From Tubiluchus corallicola (lineage: Eukaryota > Animalia > Priapulida): 64,000 nucleotides of DNA. The number at the start of each line of letters is the position of its first letter. Position 1 is the stretch's first letter. The stretch lies in contig JAQGDQ010000032.1 in the NCBI GenBank assembly GCA_030141605.1, positions 62,001 through 126,000 on the forward strand. Reading direction: 5' to 3'. Shown here one piece after another: positions 40,463 through 52,035 of the stretch. Below the pieces are notes generated by a model. The model was not told the origin of the DNA. It saw only the letters and a list, made by a program, of their open reading frames with translations, and searched no databases. Both the position numbers and the translations under genes were made by a program.

Positions 40463-42500
40463 CGCATGGGGACTAGACTCATTGACTACTTTGGGTGACT
40501 TGACAAAACTTATTTAATACTATTATTATTGTAAAAACATTTGGAATGACAGTTATAAACTGAATAATATGAGAGACGGAAATGAGGCTATACATTGTAA
40601 AACTTTCTGGTAGTAATAGATATGCATCTGAGACTAAAGGTACATGTATTAAAAAATTACTTGGTCCTGTCATTAATAGCACATGTAGGTGAGTCTTTGC
40701 TTGAGGTGTCTGGATCAATATTCTTCTTTGAGAAACCACACCTTTATATATATTTAATTATATTAAACACTATAAATACATTTATTTGAGATCTTAGTTT
40801 TTCAGGTCTTGAAATTTGTAAGCCCAAATGAATATGGTAACACAGTAAAGATGTTTTGCTGACTCACTGTCAGTCTTTGGCTTTGGAGGACATCAGTACA
40901 TTATATATAGTTGATATCTAGAACGCTTAGTTATAGTTTACACATGTACTTCAAAAGCTAGTACGCATTGAGTTACTGTATTTAGCGTACGCACAGTCAG
41001 AGAAATAAACCAAAAATAATTATACATACCATAACTTGATTATTATATAATTTTATAATATTTCAGCCCAGGTATCTATTGTATTATGCTGTTTTGCCTG
41101 TATCATAATGTTTCTGTAAACAATGGCATTGTTAAGTGTATATTATGTTGTACATAAATAAATATGTATTTTAGCTGTGAGTTAATTATATTTTTCGTAT
41201 TTTTTCACATTAAATTAGCACAAATTTTGTAGTTCAGTTCAAATTAAATTTGCACCCTATAAACAAATAAAGAGGTTTAATAACAACAACATCACAAGTA
41301 GCCTTGATTTTATTTCTGTATTCCTTTCCATTTATGTTATTTCAACTCTTTTGCTAATCTTTGGCATCAGAGTCAATGTCACATTTTCAAATTAAAGGAA
41401 ATAAATGGTAAAATTAAAGTTTCCCAATGTTTTTAATCTAATTACGTCTATGCACAAAATATCTGTGTTCTATTAAATGATGGTACAAAATACAGTGACA
41501 GTGTCCTTTATATAGGAAATGGAAAAACTCACTGTATTAATCCCGCGTGTAATTTGCTAATAGTTGCCGATAATTGTAATTTGTTATATATCCATAATTA
41601 TTATTATTACTGTACATTATATTGTCGTTTTTAGCAATTAAAATGTTTAGATTTCGGTGTATTTTCTGCAAATTTTGACGATATTAGTTGTTCAGTTATT
41701 TTTTTTTGGTAAGTGTGTGATCAGTGTATAAAGCATTGTTATTCCTTATGATTAGTTTTACTAGTTACTGAAGTTTCTCTGTGTTGCCTTTTTGTGATAG
41801 GCTGTTTCCCGGTTTGTTTTTAATCTGTGATTCTCGTTGAGCCACGAAACCACGAAATGATTTTACCATTGTACTTTTATTATATAGCAGTGTATACAAT
41901 TATTTGAAAGTTTTTTATTTTGTCAAAAGTGCAGCTTGCAAGTTTATAAAAAACTTTTGATATTAAAGTTAATTTTGGGATTCCAAATAGATTTGTAAGT
42001 TGAAACCAAAATGTACTAGTAGAATTTCCACTACAGGTATTTCTATAACTCTAGAACTCTGCTTTACATTTGAACAGGTAATGTTGCACATAATTGATAT
42101 GTTAGCCTATATTAAGAATGCAATGAGCCCTTAAGTACCAAGCCTGAAAATATTAGTGCAATATCTGGCAAGATCAAATGGATATAAATAAACTGTTTGT
42201 GTGTGATTTATAATTATAACCACTCATTCAAAATAAGATCTTAAAACCAAAATAAACACAGAATTTGATCGGCACTATAATGGTGTTACATGTATAATAA
42301 TTGTTGAATGTTGCATGATGAAACATTACGAATTATGATTGCTAAGAATTTACCCAAAATTACGCAAAAAGTATGTGGATTTTCGCCATATTGGTACTGT
42401 TAAGTGGTATTTTAATGTACTGCATTATTTAACTTTTGAAGCGTATGTTTGCTGTTGTACATTGTATAAACTAAATAAATATGGAATATTTGACTGAGAA
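40463..42500 (+). other. Putative COUP-TF 3' UTR with alternative polyadenylation signals
   Basis: AU-rich sequence follows the stop codon. AATAAA at 41157-41162 is directly preceded by TGTACATA, and AATAAA at 42474-42479 is preceded by two TGTA motifs. Other AATAAA copies also occur. Confidence 0.45.
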
Positions 42501-43434
42501 TTACGCGTTTCTATTAGTCATAATTAATAACTATTACAATCATTTCTGATGCGTTTTTTAACAAAGTTTCATTTTCTTTTTTAGATAAAAATATCGGGCT
42601 TTGCAGAGTGTAACCGTTACGCTTGTATAGATATGCAGTATTACAACGTTTTTTGTTCAATTTTTTCCATTTTTTGTCAAATAGCATTTAGGTAAAAAAT
42701 CTTACACTATGCAAACAGATTGCAGCAATAAAAAGCAATTGGAACAGTTTTCGGGTTGAGCTGTGAATTAATCAAATGAACTATGAAAGAAATATCTTGC
42801 CGAAACCAGACTGCAGGTGGCAGCACAGTACAGTACTACTGTAATTGTTTAGCCTTAGAACACCTTGAAGAGGGAGGTACATCTGACTCTGTAAATTTGA
42901 GGCCGTCTAATATTACAATTACACACATTCGGGTAAAAAACAGAACGATTTCATAATTATGCCATAAGTCACAAGAAGCTGAAGCGCAGTCCGAAACGAA
43001 CAAAATTAACGGTGAGAAATATCTGTCAAACCATTTCGACGACGTATTTTGCGTATGTAATATTTTGCCAATGAAGGAAGCTGACTCTTAATATTACACC
43101 TATATTAATATTATTCTAATAATTTTCAAAATAAAAATTTAAAGTGTCCGGCTTTTTTGACACAGACGTTGCGACACAAGCAATTTGATCACACACAGTT
43201 AAACACAAGGGTATTTTGCCACGTGTTTATTTCGCTACAATTTTCTTTGGACACAGTTAAATTTGTACATAAGCCAGTCTATACACAAATACTATTGGAC
43301 ATAACCGCATAGGTCGTTTTGTCACAGGGAATGTTGGACATAGTCACATAGGCAACTTTAGGCACAAGGTATATCAGGCACAGATCGCTTTCGTCACAGG
43401 GGTCATTGGGCGCAGGTCACTTTAGTCACAGCGG

Positions 43435-43458
43435 ATGATGATGATGATGATGATGATG

Positions 43459-43506
<48 letters not shown>

Positions 43507-43562
43507 GTAATAACAACAACAACAACAACAACAACAATAATAATAATAATAATAATAATAAT
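43435..43562. repeat. Compound trinucleotide microsatellite (GAT)(AAT)(AAC)(AAT)
   Basis: Directly visible; it abuts the SINE 3' end. Confidence 0.95.
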
Positions 43563-43795
43563 TCTTATTTAAAGTCGGTTTTAAGTTCAACAGACAACAC
43601 AAGACTGCCACGAGGCTTTTATCGCCGACTGCAAATGAGAAACTACTCCTACATTAGAGATTATTATTACAGGACCACTTTTGCCATAATGATCGGCAGA
43701 TATCTTTTTTTAGTTTTTGGTTACGACCAAGAGGCATTATCGAATCCACGACCTCCCAGACGGAAAGCAGATACTTTATCCATTAGACTCTGGGT
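43563..43795 (-). mobile_element. tRNA-derived SINE (degenerate) with a simple-repeat tail
   Basis: The minus strand reads gagtctaatggataaagtatctgctttccgtctgggaggtcgtggattcgataatg (A-box-like and B-box-like motifs at tRNA spacing), then ggtcgtaaccaaaaactaaaaaaagat, then a body ending in the (att)n tail at 43435-43562. Confidence 0.7.
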
Positions 43796-46700
43796 TTCGT
43801 ACATGTATGTACCATTACATCCCTTACGCGCCATCGTAAAATGATCTCACTTTACCTTCCCAAGTTCCTAGTCACAGGCGTATTTAACTCTTCTTAGTGT
43901 CTACAGACATACAGATATAATTAGCAAAATGATTATTTGGTTATACCGTAACTTATAAGAGTCGTATTTTTAGTTTTAGCCTATATATAATTTTAAAGGT
44001 ACGTGATACAAGTTTTCACAAGGGTGGGTGATTTGAGTGATCTCGTCATTTGGTTATGTTTCCCAGGACATTCTACATCACAATAATTACGTTTTTGGTC
44101 TTATAACCAGTGATATAAGCGAATTACCAAACAAGCAACATCAGAAACAACAATGCTTGAAACAAAGCATGCCCTCTGCTTGGCATAATTGAATTGTAGC
44201 AATAATACATGATCCCTACATTTACAGGCATCGATCAATATGGATCCGTGTAAAAACGAAAGTGACAAAATCGGCATAATACAAAATAAAGAAATAAAAA
44301 ATCAATAGTAAAAACTGGTTATTGGTTAAATATGGGCATTGCCATGGAAATAGGTTTTAAAATGCTAAAAAGCGAGCTGGTCTGGATTCTGAATCGTAGT
44401 TTGTTGTTAATTTTGTATTCTTGTAATTTTTACTGTGAAGTGATGATAATAAACACTGATGGCGTCTCAGAAATTGAAGAATCCTACTAGATGTCCTTGA
44501 GCAAATTTTAACGAACGACAGTGTTGTGCTTTTAACGTAGAAATCCTGGCCTTGTTTTTTTTATTTTCTGGCAAAAATACAAATTAGTTTTAAGTGAAAG
44601 TAAAGCTGTTATGAGCTTACTGTCCTATATATGTGTATATACCATTATTGCCTAATCTTTATTCGTCTATTACGTTTTTGTCAAAATTTGCATTTGAAGG
44701 AAAGTACTATGTCTAATATGCCGTTCGTCCAAAGTATCTGTGTCTAGTACGCCATGGGTCGATAATTACATTTGTCCAAAGCACCCGTACCCAGTGTGCC
44801 TTGTGCCGTGTATGCAAAAGTAAATGTATCCAACGTACCGTGTACAAAAAGTTTGTGGCGGAAGTGGCTGCTTTGAAACGTTTGTGCAAAAAAGCCTATC
44901 AGCAAAATTTAACAGCAAGTTTTCGCTCTTACGAGGGTAAAGAGCTTTTTAGGAACTAGTTTTCGCAACTTTGGAAGAAATCAGTAAATCGGCTTAAGGA
45001 AGTATTCGTCTTTTTATGTTCCTTTATTTTTTAATACTAAAGGTAGAATAGTAACTCACTCCCCGACACACAAAGCAGGAAAGAATAATCAGCTAGACTC
45101 ATTCTCTTTGCAAACTCGGTCACGAAATTTAGCAATTTCTCTATAGTTTCGAAAACACAACTTTAACACGTTAATTAGAGTTAAAAAGTTGGGCCAAGTT
45201 GTACAACAACTGCATTCAAAAGCAAACACATTTTCATTTGAGAATTAGTATTGCATTTTCTGAAATATTACAACAATGAATTCAAATACTAATTATTATG
45301 ATGTGGGTCTAATAAGACATATGTTAGACATTTTTAGATACATCTGTAAAGGATTGACTTAATTAGTGAAGCAACGCATCCTGTATAAAAATACAAGATA
45401 TTTTAATATGGTGTGTAAATTGGCACAAATTTGTTCACAATCTTAGTAGAATAAATCAATCTAAAGGCAATTACTAGTGTCGTAGTTTTTAATAACGAAA
45501 TTGTATTTTCCCGATTTACTCAGCTGCCTAAATAAAACAGTAACTCTATCATTTTTTCAATGCAAGTGAAATGGTTTTTTAGTAGCATAAATTATATTTA
45601 GAGGCTAAAATTACGCTTAACTATGTCAAGTCACAACAACCAAAGGTCTCGTTCTAAGGGGATTTTAGGGTTCATATATACGATATGTTCTTCCTGAAGT
45701 TTAGGCGGAAATCTGCAAAATTAAAACAGCGGTTTCAATACGTCTTCTTCATCTACTTTCCCATGCGTATATGTATACAGTACATAATGTGGCATACTTT
45801 ACTTTTGTGTCAAAACAAACAGTTTTTTTGCTCACGCGAGCGATGCTTTGTTACAATTAGCTCTCGGTGGGAGGGGAAGCGGTGATGCTGTCCCCTGCCG
45901 ATGTTTTTGTCAAGATTTCCTCCTCCTGTAACTGGCAGCTTTGATGCGGCAGACAATCTAGCTTACTGATACAACACGCAACGCTTTTTCTTTGCAGATT
46001 TTCGAATGGGTAAGTAATTACTGGCCACCGACGGTTTCGGTTAGGCAAAATTATACATCGGTGGCATAACCGCAACGTAAAGCATATTAGAAGGCTATTG
46101 TTGCATTTGATAAAGCATTAGAAAACCACACAAACCCTGTCTATATCAGACTAGGTGTTTATGAAAATATTAAAAGCGTATCCATAAAGGGATCTAGTTG
46201 CATTAGAGCTTGTACATCGAAGAAGAAAGTTCCGTTAGACCAGTCATACAATTAGACGTCCTGCAACTGTCAAAACTAGGTGGCAATTAGTACAACTAAA
46301 CATTGTTCGTGACTTGTGATTTTGCGGGCATTGTAAACTGATGTGGTCTCCTTTAAATCTATGAGAAAGCAAATGCTTAGAAAACATGTATGTGTAAGCA
46401 ATTATCTTCAAGTTGAAAGGCATCTTTGTTGAGCTGAAGTTGGTATTCGTCTTGCTTTCGCTAAATCGAAACTCAAAAGGGTGATTTTAGAACAGGTTGT
46501 TTGTTCAGACTTTAGCGAAGAAAAAACTGAAAGAATGCAACAGCCAGAAGTTAGGTCATCTATGTGAAATGTAAAACAGCATAACAGGTCATTACGAAAC
46601 GATCTATGACTAATGTCCAGTTTAAGGGTCGAAACATTACTCCGTATATTTTTCAACGATTACTTTTTTATCAATTTTAACTTTTAAGGTAAATAACGAG

Positions 46701-48431
46701 ATCGTTTAGTATATGTGAAGCACTGCCGTCCACAAAGTATTGTCATAATTATTTAGTGATCTAACGCAATCATGCTGCATATAGTTACACTAAAAATTAA
46801 TGTGGTATTTGTGTATGCCAAAGTCACTTAATTTATCGTATGTTAATCGTGTTGATCACGTATGTGATCTCGGTCACGATGGCTTGGATCACATAGTCAG
46901 TAACTTTTTTGTGCGACCAATCTCTTGTTTTGGTCAGTACGAAAAAACACACGTATAATACATACATAATGTACAAATGTATTTAATTCAAATTACACCT
47001 ACATGTCTTCTTTTCTAATTACAAAAATTGTTTGAATTCCCTTGAAAATGAGATAAGGGAATTTTTGTCAGAAGTGTAGGCCTATTTAGAAAAACGAGCT
47101 GTATAAACTCACTTTCGAAAAAAAATCGCTAACATTCTTGCTATTCTCCTTACACGCCGTCCCCCGCTCAGCTTGACTACTAAGTTATTATGAGTAAATT
47201 AGATTTCTGTGTGCATATAACCTATGTAAGCCACTTTTATAATCCTTAATTTGTGCTAACAATAAAGTTAGATGATGCAGTGAGTGAATGTTGTAGACGG
47301 CAGATGCCAGGGTTGAAGGGGTTATGCAATTAACATGGATGACAAATTTTATAAGAGTTTAATGATCTAATCTGCAATAATAGTTACTGCTGAAGTCAAA
47401 GTAAGTCAGGCATCAGTAGCTAGGTCTATACAGAAATTTTGAATTCATAATGGTTATTATAGGCCTATTGTCTAATAGACAATCATAATAGGAAACTAAT
47501 TCGAACATGTATAAGTCAGTTAAACAAATACATAAAATTCAGGAAGTATTACTCATCAAAAAAGTCAATGTTTGTTGGCCATTAAAATATTCTCAAAATG
47601 AAATCAATTTGTTGATCAATCAAAACAAATTTACCTTTTGCAACGAAACATTGAAAATGTACAAAATCACATGTAAAAATTATAATAAATGAAGATTTTA
47701 AAGTAGTGTAGGCCAAGAGCTTGTACGCCTTTAATTATTTTATTAATTTTAATTTCCAAGACTGAACAATTTATAGCATTATATAAATATAAACAGTAAT
47801 TTATAAATTAACACATTGATAAAACTGAGCAAATTGGGACTGAGCTTAGATTTGAATCAAAAACTTTATTTCAGTTTGACCAGAAAGGCACTGTAGACTC
47901 ACATCTAACCGCCATAACTAATTCAATCAACATCCATAAAAAATTACGCCACCGGGCGCTAGAAATAATTATTAAAATAAGACAGTTAAAACGTTGAGTT
48001 GGATAAAGGTATTTAGCATCCAGTCAGCGTATTTATGCATTGCTATATACAACTAGATATACTATGCAGTATAAAACTACAATAATTAAATAATTTATTT
48101 ATGTCTTTTTATATTTAATTAATTCGAGTATGAAACACGTTTAACACTGAACGGTACACGTATCTTGTTGTCAAGTTTTAATTTTCTACGCGTTTTTCGT
48201 TTTTTTGCTCTTCAGACCGAAAATGGTAGACGTTTCAGAAAACTATATTAACTGACGGGGAGTATATTATACGCAACATCGTATTGCAGTAGTTTATCAA
48301 AGAGACTGATGTCACAGCAGCTTGCGTTCTGTATAATGCGTTTAAACACGAAATTCATTATAGAATTATCCATATTTGGTAGATAAGCATAGCTTCTTCA
48401 AAATAGAATATTATTGCCGACCGGTTTCGAA

Positions 48432-48433
48432 CA

Positions 48434-48465
<32 letters not shown>

Positions 48466-48477
48466 CACACACACACA
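48432..48477. repeat. (CGCA)n(CA)n microsatellite
   Basis: Directly visible. Confidence 0.9.
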
Positions 48478-49356
48478 AATATTTATATTTATATTAAACT
48501 TATAATTGTAATTGTACGTATAATAGCGCATGTATGCTGATCAGTTCATTTAAAACACTGGATGTTTACCTGTATGGATTTTTTTTAAAGTTTTCATTAA
48601 ATAGTTTCTTTATTACACCGTAACATGCTTAATGTGCCACGATGTTGCTCATAATAGCGTGAGATACGTGTTAATTTTGTCGCCCGTATGAATGGATTGC
48701 AACAATATTCTTTCACCTATTTATCACTTAGGCTGCCTTAGTTCAGACGTTTCAAAGACCTGTGTACCTTATGAATTGTTTATAGATCGGATACACCTGA
48801 AGCGAAAGGTTTTGAAAGAGAAGAGAATTCTAGTCAATTTGTGAAGCCATGTCGCTATAATAGAGTAGTATAATAGTGTACTGGTTTAAAGAAATCGATG
48901 GACGGGCTGCACTCAGTGTAAAAGTCCAGCTAATGATGCTGCTAATCACACATGGTTTTAAAAGGTGTTCGCTTTTAGAAAATTAACACAAATAAACAAT
49001 GCGATTTAGAATGTACTAAATGAAATTTAAGTAAATAATAAAAACATTTATTACAAGAAAAAGAAAACACCGGGCTTACTACTCTTAATCATTTGAGAAC
49101 AACAGACACGGTAATGATGTATAGCCTATAGCATATATAGTTATTCATGCAAAGAAGTAAACTGTGTGGAAGGCATACTTTAGAGCCTGGTTTGTTACCA
49201 CGAACACTGAGGTTTTACACACCATTATAGCTAACACACTTTTAGAAAACTGTTCGAGGAAAAAGCGATGTTTGTATTAAAAAGAAAGTGAGCTTAATAT
49301 CCTCTAAAATTAAACATTCAAATAATTTGAGGACTCATAACATTTGCAACAAAAAG

Positions 49357-49485
49357 TACGTACATACATAGATACATACATACATACATACATACATACA
49401 TACATACATACATACATACATACATACATACATACATACATACATACATACATACATACATACATACATACATACATACATACGT
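49357..49485. repeat. (TACA)n microsatellite
   Basis: Directly visible. Confidence 0.97.
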
Positions 49486-49932
49486 AAAACTCATTATTAT
49501 TTTTTACTATCAGATTAGAATATTTCATATATTGTTCTTATCTTACTTACAATTATCGATATTTTTGAAGTAGGTGAAAATCTCTGCAGTGTAAGTAAAA
49601 AGACCAATTTAAACTAGCTGGAAAGGCACTGATACAAAGTTTTCTGAAATTGTGATACTGAAGTTTTAGAGCGATGTTCTTAACAGCTTAAAGTTATTTT
49701 CTTCCACTAGTTACATCAATATTTGTTTATATTTTCCACAAATGCATTACCAAAACTTTCAAAATACACTCAAATGTACGCTAGTCCTTAATGTCGAACA
49801 AATGCGAGTAGTTAAGATGTGCCTGCTTCTTTTTCACATGCAAAGGTTGAGATCACGGTCAATGTGGAAAACATTATCAAGAAGTTGGTTGTAGTTTAGG
49901 TCGACAAGGTTAACAAAAGCACTAATGCAACG

Positions 49933-50356
49933 AGCAGCTAGAATAGGTGTGTTACGTCAACAAAACATTTCAGTATCTTGCAATAAGCTTATAGAATTAC
50001 AGAGCTCTTTAAGAAATCCGGCTTAAATAGACAAGATTCATGTCCAAATAATACTTTTTTCGAATTTCTAATTAATAATAATATATTAACATGTTTATTG
50101 AGTGTAGACGATCGTTTCGGCTGTCATTTGGCTGTTATACTAATTATTCCTTTTTTGGTTAAATGACAGCCGAAACGATCGTCTACACTCAATAAACATG
50201 TTAATATATTATTATTAATTAGAAATTCGAAAAAAGTATTATTTGGACATGAATCTTGTCTATTTAAGCCGGATTTCTTTAGATCTCTGTAATTCTATAA
50301 GCTTATTGCAAGATACTGAAATGTTTTGTTGACGTAACACACCTATTCTAGCTGCT
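49933..50356. repeat. Long near-perfect inverted repeat (arms 49933-50129 and 50161-50356, 31-bp spacer); probable Penelope-like retroelement remnant
   Basis: The arms are reverse complements except for one indel and two substitutions near 50005-50011 / 50280-50285. Each arm, read outward, begins acagccGAAACGATCGTCtacactcAATAAA. Confidence 0.85.
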
Positions 50357-51945
50357 AGTCTACCTTCTAGTAATTCCTTGAGATTGGTTCTTTCCTGTAT
50401 TGAATAAAATATTATTTTGAATTTTTGGGTGTAATACATTGCATAAGACTGCAAATTTGATATTCTGCTCCACATATGTCTGATAAATATATATCAATTT
50501 AAATTTGATATTATTTACAGATAAAAATACAAAGTGAATGACTTCCGTTTCTCAATGGAAACAAAAAATATAAAACCAAATTATAGCATTTAATAAATTA
50601 AGAAGACAAAATGACTTTTTAATTTTATCTATTAGAATACCTGTTGAAAATCAGCCTAGTTTTTCTAAAGTCACACCTGATCCCACAATGCATCGTAGTA
50701 GTTCTGTTTCAGCAGAAAACATGAAATGATCGGGATTTCTGTAAGCTCATTATTTTCCCTCGGCGAACTGACACTAAAGAAGCAAATGGGCAAGACACCT
50801 AGTTAACTCTTTGTTCATGGTGATGGAGCGGTGCTTTGACACTTTACACCTGTACTCCTGTAATCACTAATCACCTCATTACTACACCATGTTAACCTGA
50901 GTTAAAAGGGAGGGCAGACAGAGCACCTGGCGCTTGATATGCGTTTTTGCTAATTTACTTCCTAAACGAGCACATTGTAAAAGAATAGAATCAACTAATA
51001 TTTCTATTAAAATAATGTTGCTAACGACCTTCGAAAACGATTTGTAAAAAGTGCTTAATATGTCCAACTCTGCCAGGATTCAATAAGAAGGCGGATCAAT
51101 TGCAATGACATTTCAATATTTTGTAATTGCGATTTTGTGCTTTAACCCATACTGTTCTAAATACTAAACAGTTTATCGATGTTGCAACACACTTAACCAA
51201 AAATTACCGTTCGTAAAATGTGTAAACGAAATCCATCTGTAAATCAATGCCACCTATGATGTCAGACAGAGCCAAGATTTTAGCTGTTCACATTAAAAAT
51301 AAAGCATCTTCATAACGCTATTCTCAGTTTGCGTAAGAAATTTGATGGAGAATTCAATTTTATTGGAAAGAAGACATGGACGGATGATGGCCATTAGCTG
51401 CAGCTTGTATATGTGCAACCTTAACTTTGACAGTCGTGACATACGAATAATAGGTTCCTGTTTTTCACCGAATCACCACACACAGGTTGATCGTTAACTT
51501 ATACGGCTTATGGCGTCGTCTAAAATCTTTTGCACGCAGTTCTACACTTTATTTAATGTAAACTGACAATTTGTTTCTCTGCATTTCGTTGGCGGATTGA
51601 AAATTCATTTGTTGTGCATCATTGGGTGGTGGCGTCATCTATCGTCGGTTAATTTTGGTATACTAGAATTTTGTACACACAACAATTTTACTGAAGCTTT
51701 ATTGATACACAGTATTCCGTCATTTGACATAATATTTTCTTAGTAGTTCCAAAAAGTCAAAAATCTGTGACTGATTTTAATCTCTTTTATTTTTATTGTG
51801 CTTCATAAAGCGCTCTAGCCACCTGAGTTTCTAGCATTCTGGTGCCACCTGGTAACTATAAATTGAACTATACGTGTAATTTTTTGGTTTGAATGCTAAA
51901 GTATTTTTTAAAGTCGAGGATAAAATCTATTGTAATTGTATAACG

Positions 51946-52035
51946 TGATTTATTGTACTCTATAGAATAATAAATATAGAGAAAAATTATTCACTGATTT
52001 ATTGTACTCTATAGAATAAAAAATATAGAGAAAAA
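51946..52035. repeat. Tandem duplication, 49-bp period
   Basis: tgatttattgtactctatagaata(a/t)aaatatagagaaaaa starts at 51946 and again at 51995. Confidence 0.85.

Larger units (their letters stand above)
43225..44872. mobile_element. Decayed foldback-like non-autonomous DNA element with inverted arrays of ~15-bp subterminal repeats
   Basis: 43225-43430 has recurring ttggacaca/ttggacata/gtcacag units. 44705-44872 has the complementary tgtcta/gtccaaag units. The outer ends align loosely (atttcgctacaattttctttggacacag vs rc acttccgccacaaactttttgtacacgg). Confidence 0.45.

Noticed and set aside
43735-43795. tRNA gene
   Set aside because: The boxes are degenerate and there is no acceptor-stem pairing. 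It continues into a SINE body and tail.
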